DNA of 7,708 bases from Candidatus Nanopusillus sp. (GTDB lineage Archaea > Nanobdellota > Nanobdellia > Nanobdellales > Nanobdellaceae): contig JAWDMD010000020.1 of assembly GCA_046536775.1 (NCBI GenBank), positions 1 through 7,708 of the forward strand, given 5' to 3'. Made by a program: the position numbers and the translations under genes. Every line of letters starts with the position of its first letter. The stretch's first letter is position 1. This document shows, in pieces, positions 1-6,251 of the stretch. The notes beneath the pieces were generated by a model, which saw nothing but the letters and a program-made list of their open reading frames with translations, ran no database searches and was not told the origin of the DNA.

Positions 1-736
1 TTGCTCCATCTTTATCAATATATCCATCTGCTGAGAACAAACCATTCAAAAATCCTTTAACAAATTCTGAATTTGCTAGGAAAACAATTTCTGGCAAACT
101 AGTTTTCTTTCTCATTAATTTTTTGAAAATTTCAATAACTTCCTTCTTACTCACATAAATCCATATCTCATTATTTCTTTCATACTTACTAACATTTACT
201 CCAAATTTCTTTTCAAGCAATTCTTTTACATATTCAAAAACTTCCCTCTCTGTTTTGGCATTAAAGTAGAAGAATACTTTTTCTCCAATATATCCATCTC
301 CAACCAACCATCCTAATAAGAATCCTAATTCTCTATCTAATTTTATTCCATCAACTTCTTTTAATCCATAATTCTCTAACTTATCAATATCAATTCTTGA
401 TATCTTTACTTCTTTTCCTTCAGCATATTTTGCTTCTACCCAGCCATCTTTTGTAAGTATCCTATGATCTTCAGTTACTTCAATCTCCATTCCATTTTCT
501 AAAATTAATTTAACAGTTGGTTTAAATCCAACTTTCCAAACTTTCGCATCAACCAATATTGGAGAACTTACACTCAATGTTTTTCCATTAACTGTTGTAT
601 ACAAAATTTCACCTTCTCCATCTACTAAGAGCTTTATATTATTAATATCACTACCATTTTCATTGTTTAAATAAAGTAATGTTTCAGCCCTCAAAAAACC
701 ATATGGAGTTAAAATTCTTGTATCTCCAGTTACACA
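1..736 (-). mobile_element. Intein with LAGLIDADG homing-endonuclease domain inserted in the RNR (N-terminal 245 aa in window; C-terminal splicing blocks off-window)
   Basis: Immediately after extein ...GPIRATNP the reading frame gives four intein blocks. Block A is CVTGDTRILTPYGF (Cys1 codon 736-734). Block B with TxxH is EIEVTEDHRILTKDGW (TEDH = 475-464). The first LAGLIDADG motif is LGFLLGWLVGDGYI (328-287). The second is VKGFLNGLFSADGYIDKDG (from 61 down to about 5). None of this resembles RNR sequence, and the expected extein continuation (CGE...) is missing. Confidence 0.85.
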
Positions 737-2245
737 CGGATTTGTTGCTCTAATTGGTCCTCTATATTTATATTGAACATTTCTTCTATTTATATTATCC
801 ATAAATAAACATCCAGGATCTCCTTTTTCCCATGCAATATATGAAGCCTCTTGTAATATTCTTTCAGAATTTATATATCCAGCAATTGCCTCTTTTCTTA
901 TTTTATTTATATCAAAATCTGGATCTCCTGGCAAAGGTAAATTATATTTCCTTAATATTCTTGGATTAATTAATGGATATTCTTTTTTATTTTCAAAATA
1001 TTCCCAAAAAGATGGCTCAAACATTATAGATATATTAAAGTTTTCTAATACACCTTCTTTTTCCTTTAAATGAATAAATTTAAATATTTCAGGATGCCAG
1101 GATTCTAAAATACCCATATTTGCCCCCCTTCTCTTTCCTCCTTGTTTTACTACATCTGTAATAGTATCTACAATTTTCATAAATGAAACAGGACCAGAAG
1201 CAACACCTCCAGTAGATGCAACAACATCACCTTCAGGTCTTAATTTTGAATAATTTATTCCAATCCCACCTCCAGATTTAAATATTAAAGCTGCTTCTGT
1301 TGCGGATCTCATTATTGATTCCATATTGTCGTCAATATCTAATACAAAACATGCGGATAATTGTCCTAAGACTGCGCCAGCATTAAATAATGTAGGAGAA
1401 TTTGGCATAAACCTTTTGCTAGCTATTAAATCATAATATTGATAGAAATTTTCGTAATATTTGTCAAATTCTCCGTTTTCTAGCATTTTTATAAATTCTG
1501 ACCATGAAACTTTCATATGACCTCTTTCATTTAAATAATCATACAAATATTTCATTCTTTCTAAATGATATCTATTCCACTTAAATTTAGGATCTTTTAT
1601 TGGTAATCCATATTTATTTTCATTCTTTTCAAAATCAAATTCCTCTTTTTGATGTATTTTTTGTTTTCCATCTTTATCATATATCCTTTCATCATATAAT
1701 ATATCTGGTATTACAACCAAAGCTGCAACCCTTTCAAACATTTGCTTTGGACCTTCTATTAATTCTTTATATTCATTTCTTAACAAATATCTATTTACCA
1801 TTAATCTAATTGAATTAACAGAAAATCTTTTTGCAACCTCCTCCTCATAGAATTTTCCCAATAAATTTTTCTTTTCTTCCCTTATTTTTTCTTTTTCTTT
1901 TCTGTAAGAAATATATATCTTAGCAACATCGTATAAATCAAACTTTAATAAAGATAATTCAACAATATCCTGAATTTCTTCAACATTTGGATATTTTATA
2001 TCATCATATTTTTCTTCTAATACTTTTATTACATAACCAACAACTTTTTCCAATTTTTCCTTATCATAAGCGCCAACGGCTTTCATTGCTCTTTCTATAG
2101 CATATTTTATTCTATCAGGATCAAAGTCAACAATTCTTCCATCTCTTTTAATAACCTTTTTTATTTTATAATCTTTTTGTCCTAAAACAACCTCTTTTTC
2201 GTTTTTTTCATGAGAAAAACCATTTATAAACTCTTTATCACTCAT
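1..2245 (-). CDS. nrdJ: Class II (adenosylcobalamin-type) ribonucleotide reductase with N-terminal ATP-cone, interrupted by an intein; partial, continues beyond position 1
   Basis: Hand translation of the reverse strand from ATG (2245-2243) stays open to position 2 (748 codons, no stop): MSDKEFINGFSHEKNEKEVVLGQKDYKIKKVIKRDGRIVDFDPDRIKYAIERAMKAV... RNR core motifs are present: FMPNSPTLFNAG, LSACFVLDI, SGGGIGINYSKLRPEG, VKQGGKRRGANMG, DPGCLFMDNINRRN. The loop IRATNP-C matches the class II TNPCGE type. The ORF is absent from the supplied track, apparently because no stop lies inside the window. Confidence 0.9.
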   Translation of the reverse strand, partial: MSDKEFINGFSHEKNEKEVVLGQKDYKIKKVIKRDGRIVDFDPDRIKYAIERAMKAVGAYDKEKLEKVVGYVIKVLEEKYDDIKYPNVEEIQDIVELSLLKFDLYDVAKIYISYRKEKEKIREEKKNLLGKFYEEEVAKRFSVNSIRLMVNRYLLRNEYKELIEGPKQMFERVAALVVIPDILYDERIYDKDGKQKIHQKEEFDFEKNENKYGLPIKDPKFKWNRYHLERMKYLYDYLNERGHMKVSWSEFIKMLENGEFDKYYENFYQYYDLIASKRFMPNSPTLFNAGAVLGQLSACFVLDIDDNMESIMRSATEAALIFKSGGGIGINYSKLRPEGDVVASTGGVASGPVSFMKIVDTITDVVKQGGKRRGANMGILESWHPEIFKFIHLKEKEGVLENFNISIMFEPSFWEYFENKKEYPLINPRILRKYNLPLPGDPDFDINKIRKEAIAGYINSERILQEASYIAWEKGDPGCLFMDNINRRNVQYKYRGPIRATNPCVTGDTRILTPYGFLRAETLLYLNNENGSDINNIKLLVDGEGEILYTTVNGKTLSVSSPILVDAKVWKVGFKPTVKLILENGMEIEVTEDHRILTKDGWVEAKYAEGKEVKISRIDIDKLENYGLKEVDGIKLDRELGFLLGWLVGDGYIGEKVFFYFNAKTEREVFEYVKELLEKKFGVNVSKYERNNEIWIYVSKKEVIEIFKKLMRKKTSLPEIVFLANSEFVKGFLNGLFSADGYIDKDGA
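1895..2161 (-). other. ATP-cone (allosteric nucleotide-binding) domain of the RNR, about residues 29-117
   Basis: KKVIKRDGRIVDFDPDRIKYAIERAMKAVGAYDKEKLEKVVGYVIKVLEEKYDDIKYPNVEEIQDIVELSLLKFDLYDVAKIYISYR fits the ATP-cone pattern (V-x-KRDG-x-x-x-x-F-D-x-x-KI ... Y-I-x-YR). Domain boundaries are approximate. Confidence 0.7.
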
Positions 2246-2408
2246 CTAAATTTTTTATAAAAAATTTTAAAATCCTTTTCTATGCAGAGGTTTAAAAATA
2301 CCAATTATAAATATTTATTTCATTGATAATCAATAGTATATTTTTATAAATATAATAAACAAATTTATTTTCTTTTATTTTATCTTCTAACTAACTAATT
2401 ATTTATTT
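2246..2408 (-). promoter_or_regulatory. Longest non-coding spacer (163 bp): terminator region of the upstream minus-strand block plus promoter region of the RNR gene
   Basis: It lies between the stop of the phosphoesterase gene (2409-2411) and the RNR ATG (2245). It contains TATA-like palindromes TTTTTTATAAAAAA (2251-2264) and TTTTAAAA (2264-2271) close to the ATG. No ORF or stable stem-loop is evident. Confidence 0.3.
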
Positions 2409-3032
2409 TTACTTTATTTTTGTCTTTTTATCATATATTTCAACCAATTTTACTTCTCTAGCAACATTTAGAATTTTTGCTTTATTTATTATATCCTCTA
2501 AACCACCTGCTTCATGTATATGCCCATGTATATTTAAAATAACCTTGTCATTATTTTCAATGAATTTTCTCAATTCATAACTACCAGAAATATCTAAGGA
2601 TGATGTAGAATTTTTTGGAGGAATATGTGTTAATAAAATAAGATATTTGTCGTTAAATTTTTTCTTTAATTCATTTAAAAAGCTTTTAAATTCCTTTTCA
2701 TCAATTAGGTTTAATAATACATCTGCTCCTCCGAATCCAACCAATATAGAATTATCTTTTATTATATATTTTTTATCTAAATTTCTTATTTTATATAGCT
2801 TTTCTAATAATTTTATATCTTCTGATGTTTCATGATTTCCAGGTATTATTAAAATCTTGTTTGGATCTACATGTTCTGTTAATTTTTTTATTAGCCCTCT
2901 TTCTATTTCTCCTAATTCCGCTATATCACCCAAAATCACTATATAATCTGGTCTCTCTTTTTTATATAATTCTATTATTTTATATATCATTCCGAAATCA
3001 TTATGTATATCAGATGAGACTATTAGCTTCAT
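2409..3032 (-). CDS. Calcineurin-like metallophosphoesterase (small MJ0936/YfcE-like type)
   Basis: 207 aa. All canonical metallophosphoesterase motifs occur in order: SSDIHND (D-x-H), ILGDIAE (GD), IPGNHE (GNHE), LLTHIPP (H), IHGHIHE (GHxH). Confidence 0.8.
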   Translation of the reverse strand: MKLIVSSDIHNDFGMIYKIIELYKKERPDYIVILGDIAELGEIERGLIKKLTEHVDPNKILIIPGNHETSEDIKLLEKLYKIRNLDKKYIIKDNSILVGFGGADVLLNLIDEKEFKSFLNELKKKFNDKYLILLTHIPPKNSTSSLDISGSYELRKFIENNDKVILNIHGHIHEAGGLEDIINKAKILNVAREVKLVEIYDKKTKIK

Positions 3033-3039
3033 AATATAT

Positions 3040-3993
3040 TTATATATACCATTCTTTTTTATTTTTTATATAAGATATCAAAAATTCTTTTAGCCTATTA
3101 TAATCATAAAAAATATTCATATTATTGTGTTTTTTAATAAATTCATTAAGAATTTTTTCTTCTCTTTCTGTAAACAAGTCTTTTTTTGAGAAATAAAATA
3201 TTATTTCTTTATTAAATGTCTTTTTTATTGTATTTAATAAATTTACCTGCTCTTTAATACTATACCCACATGTTTCAGTCAAATCAAAAATATATATAAT
3301 CAAATTTGCAAGATAATCTAATGCTAATATAGCTTTTTTCTCCGTTTCATTCATTTCCTCTATAGACCTATCTAAAATTCCTGGAGTATCAATTACCTGT
3401 ATATCGAAATATGGTGTTTTAATATATCCTATCATTAAATCTCTCGTAGTAAATGGATATGGTTCAATCTTAACATTTGATCCTGTTAGATTTTTTAATA
3501 ATGTACTTTTTCCAACATTTGGTAAACCCGAAATAACAACTGTAGGCAAATTTTTAATGTTTGGAATTTTTCTTCTTCTATTTAAATAGATATTATAATA
3601 TTTGAATATTATCCAATTTCTTCTTAATATACTAGATATTCTTCCATAAAATTCTCTTCTATATTTTTCTATTAATTTTTTATCTTTTGTTAACTTTATA
3701 TCATTCTTATACTTTAAATAAACCTGTTTTATTTTTTTTCTTATATATTTTATCCTTTCTCTCAATTTTTTTATATTTATATCTGTAAATAATAATTTAT
3801 ATAATTCTTTATAGAATTTGTTTTCAGGTAAAATTATATCATTATATATTTTTTCTAATTTATCATCAATATATTGATACATTGTCTGCAATTTTACAAT
3901 ATTTCTTTCTTTTATATCATAAAATTGATTACCATTATTCTTAGCCCTTTTAAATGCTGATGATAACAATTCTTCCACAAATTTATATTTCAT
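3040..3993 (-). CDS. NOG1-family (archaeal Nog1-like) GTP-binding protein
   Basis: 317 aa. A helical N-terminal region ends in FYGRISSILRR. It is followed by PTVVISGLPNVGKSTLL (G1/P-loop, 3528-3505), YPFTTRD (G2), VIDTPGILDR (G3), NETEKKAILAL..DLTETCGYS (NOG1-type segment) and FSKKD (G4 variant, 3189-3178). Confidence 0.85.
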   Translation of the reverse strand: MKYKFVEELLSSAFKRAKNNGNQFYDIKERNIVKLQTMYQYIDDKLEKIYNDIILPENKFYKELYKLLFTDINIKKLRERIKYIRKKIKQVYLKYKNDIKLTKDKKLIEKYRREFYGRISSILRRNWIIFKYYNIYLNRRRKIPNIKNLPTVVISGLPNVGKSTLLKNLTGSNVKIEPYPFTTRDLMIGYIKTPYFDIQVIDTPGILDRSIEEMNETEKKAILALDYLANLIIYIFDLTETCGYSIKEQVNLLNTIKKTFNKEIIFYFSKKDLFTEREEKILNEFIKKHNNMNIFYDYNRLKEFLISYIKNKKEWYI

Positions 3994-4022
3994 AAAAATT
4001 TATATTATAAAAAATTAAAAAA

Positions 4023-4466
4023 TTATTCTAAATTAATTTTCTTTCCCTCATAGCCTGGCTTTTTTCCTATTTCAATCCTTAATACTCCATTTTCATATTT
4101 TGCCTTTATAGAATTCTCATCTGCATCTTCTGGTAATGGAATTATCCTTTTATATCCTGAAAATACTCTTTCAGATAATATATAATCCTCATCCTTTTTT
4201 TCCTTTTCAACTTTTCTTGATGCCATAATTTTTAGATGATGATCTACTAAGGTAACATTTATATCATTCTTATCAACCCCTGGTAGATCTATTTCTACCA
4301 AATATTTATCTCCTTTATCTACTACATCTGCTGCAGGTACTTCATATTCAAAGTTAAATCCTAATCTTTTTCTAGCTCTATTGAGTGTTTTTCTCCATAA
4401 TTTCATCTGTCTAGCAAATTCTCTCCTAATTTCTTCATATATGTCATTAAAGTCGTCTATATCCAT
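4023..4466 (-). CDS. Small heat-shock protein, Hsp20/alpha-crystallin family
   Basis: 147 aa. The alpha-crystallin domain is PAADVVDKGDKYLVEIDLPGVDKNDINVTLVDHHLKIMASR...ERVFSGYKRIIPLPEDADENSIKAKYENGVLRIEI. A C-terminal I-x-L (KINLE) resembles the IXI tail motif. Confidence 0.9.
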   Translation of the reverse strand: MDIDDFNDIYEEIRREFARQMKLWRKTLNRARKRLGFNFEYEVPAADVVDKGDKYLVEIDLPGVDKNDINVTLVDHHLKIMASRKVEKEKKDEDYILSERVFSGYKRIIPLPEDADENSIKAKYENGVLRIEIGKKPGYEGKKINLE

Positions 4467-4473
4467 AATATTA

Positions 4474-5352
4474 TTATTTCTTTAATGGTTTATAAGATAA
4501 TAAAGATACATAGTCAACAACATTCTTTTCATCATTGTTTATTTCAGAAGATAAAATATGATTTATTAGTTCTGTTTTTCCTTTATATAATTTTGTATAT
4601 TCTATAAAAAATAAAAAAGGATATTTTCCGCAAAATATTTTACTATCTATTTCCAATTTATATAATTTTTCAGAATCTAGATTTAATATATATTCTATTA
4701 TTTTTTCAGATTCTTTTTTTACATTTTTAGATATATTTTCTTTATATATAATATTTCCATAAAATTCTCCATGATGATATAAATTTCCAGTCGATATTAA
4801 TAATGTTTTCCTATTTAATTCTTCTGATAATTCTTTTAATAATTTAGCAAAATCTTCTATTATTTCTAATTCAACATCTTTTACAATTATTGGAACAATC
4901 TTTATTTTATCCTTAAATAAATATCTCAATATGGGTAATTGAACTTCAATTGAATATTCATATCTAGGTAATATTGGATTTTCGTATGAATCATAATTAT
5001 TTAATATTTTTCTAGCAAATTCTACATCTGTTCTAATTATACCAAAGGGTGTATACCAATCATCAATTATCAAATTTATCTTCTGACCAATATTATAATG
5101 GTTTGGACCAATAATTATTATTGTATCAAAATCAAAATTCTCATATAATTCTTTATATAGTTTTATAGAAACTGGTAAAAAGTATTCATAACTTACATGT
5201 GGAACAATTCCAGAAATTATATTTTTTTCTTTTTTTATACTTTTTGGGATATACCCAGGTCCATACCTTTTATCCATAAAGTATTGTTCAATTTGAGAGA
5301 GTAAATCTGAAGAATCGAATGAATAGAATCCCTTTGCTTTCATAAATTGCAT
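4474..5352 (-). CDS. Memo-like protein (MEMO1 / AmmeMemoRadiSam system protein B family)
   Basis: 292 aa. The N-terminus KAKGFYSFDSSDLLSQIEQYF fits the family pattern AG-x-FYP...L..i. Other matching segments are GIVPHVSYEYF (PHAGY-like), IIIIGPNH (GPxH) and STGNLYHHG (D/N-L-x-H). The start is ambiguous between ATG 5352 (MQFMKAK) and ATG 5343 (MKAK). Confidence 0.75.
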   Translation of the reverse strand: MQFMKAKGFYSFDSSDLLSQIEQYFMDKRYGPGYIPKSIKKEKNIISGIVPHVSYEYFLPVSIKLYKELYENFDFDTIIIIGPNHYNIGQKINLIIDDWYTPFGIIRTDVEFARKILNNYDSYENPILPRYEYSIEVQLPILRYLFKDKIKIVPIIVKDVELEIIEDFAKLLKELSEELNRKTLLISTGNLYHHGEFYGNIIYKENISKNVKKESEKIIEYILNLDSEKLYKLEIDSKIFCGKYPFLFFIEYTKLYKGKTELINHILSSEINNDEKNVVDYVSLLSYKPLKK

Positions 5353-5404
5353 AACTTTATTTTGAAATTATAATTTATTAATTTTTTTAATATTTTTTAT
5401 TGTT
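5353..5404. promoter_or_regulatory. 52-bp divergent intergenic region between the Memo-like gene and gatE; candidate bidirectional TATA elements
   Basis: This is the only spacer between divergently oriented genes. TTTATTAA (5374-5381) lies about 27 nt upstream of gatE ATG 5405. Its complement TTAATAAA lies about 26 nt upstream of the minus-strand ATG 5352. Confidence 0.3.
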
Positions 5405-6220
5405 ATGATTGCTGGATTAGAAATACATCAACAAATTGACACAAAAGAAAAATTGTTTTGCAATTGTCCTACAAATTTAAGTGATAAATATGATTATAGA
5501 ATTGAAAGAAAATTAAGAGCAACATTAAGTGAAATTGGAAAAAAAGATATTGCTGCAGAATATGAAACTATGAAAGATAAAAAATACATATACGAATATT
5601 CTAAAGATTATTCTTGTTTAGTTGAACTTGATGAAGAACCTCCACATTTGATTAATATTGAGGCATTAAAATTTGGAATATTGATTTCAACATTTTTTAA
5701 TATGTATATCCCAAAGGTTTTACAGGTTATGAGAAAAATTGTTGTAGATGGATCAAATACATCTGGTTTTCAAAGGACATTATTATTATCATTAAATGGT
5801 GAATTAAAATATAAGGATAAAAAAATAGGTATTGGAACGATTTGTATTGAAGAAGATGCTGCAAGAAAAATTGAAGATGGGGGGGATTATATAATCTATA
5901 GATTGGATAGATTGGGAATACCATTAATAGAAATATCTACAGGTCCTGATTTGAAAGATCCAAAAGAAGTAAAAGAGGTTGCTGAATATATTGGATTAAT
6001 ATTGAGATTAACTGGAAAAGTAAAAAGAGGATTAGGAACTATTAGACAAGATGTAAACGTATCAATAGAAGGTGGAGAAAAAATTGAAATAAAGGGTGTA
6101 CAGAATTTAAAAATAATAGATAAAGTTTGCGAACTTGAAGTGAAAAGACAAGAAAGAATGTTAGAATGGAAAAAGATTATGAATGGAAGAGGTATTGAAG
6201 GATATGAGTTAATAGAATAG
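5405..6220 (+). CDS. gatE: Glu-tRNA(Gln) amidotransferase subunit E, N-terminal fragment only (split gene or truncation)
   Basis: 271 aa: MIAGLEIHQQIDTKEKLFCNCPT..., CLVELDEEPPH, VMRKIVVDGSNTSGFQRT (GatE-specific; GatB has RKNYFYPDLPKGYQ here), CIEEDAARK, YRLDRLGIPLIEISTGPD, GLGTIRQDVNVSIEGGEKIEIKGVQNL, EVKRQ. The ORF ends at TAG 6218-6220, and further in-frame stops follow at 6236-6241 (TAA TAG). The insertion, helical and tail regions expected in full-length GatE are absent. Confidence 0.85.
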   Translation: MIAGLEIHQQIDTKEKLFCNCPTNLSDKYDYRIERKLRATLSEIGKKDIAAEYETMKDKKYIYEYSKDYSCLVELDEEPPHLINIEALKFGILISTFFNMYIPKVLQVMRKIVVDGSNTSGFQRTLLLSLNGELKYKDKKIGIGTICIEEDAARKIEDGGDYIIYRLDRLGIPLIEISTGPDLKDPKEVKEVAEYIGLILRLTGKVKRGLGTIRQDVNVSIEGGEKIEIKGVQNLKIIDKVCELEVKRQERMLEWKKIMNGRGIEGYELIE

Positions 6221-6221
6221 A

Positions 6222-6229
6222 TTTATATT
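6222..6229 (+). promoter_or_regulatory. Candidate archaeal TATA box for the pilin-like gene cluster (leaderless geometry)
   Basis: TTTATATT is centred about 26-27 nt upstream of the ATG at 6252 and is preceded by purine-rich AATAGA (BRE-like). The T6 run at 6229-6234 could also act as an oligo-T terminator for gatE. AT-rich background makes chance matches likely. Confidence 0.3.
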
Positions 6230-6251
6230 TTTTAATAGATCATAATTCTTA

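Noticed and set aside
1-736. Compositional anomaly of the intein relative to the host gene, as a sign of recent transfer
   Set aside because: Rough per-line GC tallies by eye give similar values for the intein part and the RNR extein part (both high 20s percent). I cannot support a difference without a proper calculation.
1600-1809. 69-aa plus-strand ORF from the track (MVIHIYFHSFQNQ...)
   Set aside because: It lies entirely antisense to the conserved RNR reading frame. It is a low-complexity Phe/Leu/Ile/His string typical of the reverse strand of AT-rich coding DNA, with no recognisable motif.
2246-2408. Hidden tRNA, small RNA or riboswitch in the 163-bp spacer
   Set aside because: The sequence is almost pure A/T, with no G-C-supported stems, no cloverleaf arms and no conserved box motifs that I can see. 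Promoter or terminator DNA is the simpler reading.
2647-3034. Two plus-strand track ORFs (2647-2835, 62 aa; 2825-3034, 69 aa)
   Set aside because: Both are antisense to the metallophosphoesterase gene, which has all five family motifs. The antisense products are low-complexity Leu/Phe/Ser-rich peptides.
3994-4022. Independent TATA promoter for the GTPase gene in the 29-nt gap after hsp20
   Set aside because: The best TATA-like string (TTTTTATAATATAA on the minus strand, about 3999-4012) sits only about 13 nt from the ATG, which is too close for the usual spacing. Co-transcription with hsp20 is simpler.
5879-5885. G7 homopolymer inside gatE (gat ggg ggg gat) as a slippage or phase-variation site
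   Set aside because: The reading frame is intact and conserved on both sides (EDGGDY within a conserved region). A C6 run in the RNR gene (1123-1128) likewise encodes the conserved GGKRRGA motif. Both runs are explained by Gly/Arg codons.
5727-5924. 65-aa minus-strand track ORF (MVFPIYPIYRLYNPPHLQ...)
   Set aside because: It is antisense to the strongly conserved core of gatE (DGSNTSGFQRT ... EEDAARK) and has no motif support.
6218-6251. Possible read-through or recoding of the gatE TAG stop to reach a longer GatE
   Set aside because: The same frame hits TAA TAG at 6236-6241 a few codons later. The downstream ORFs encode hydrophobic pilin-like proteins with no GatE similarity in any frame.
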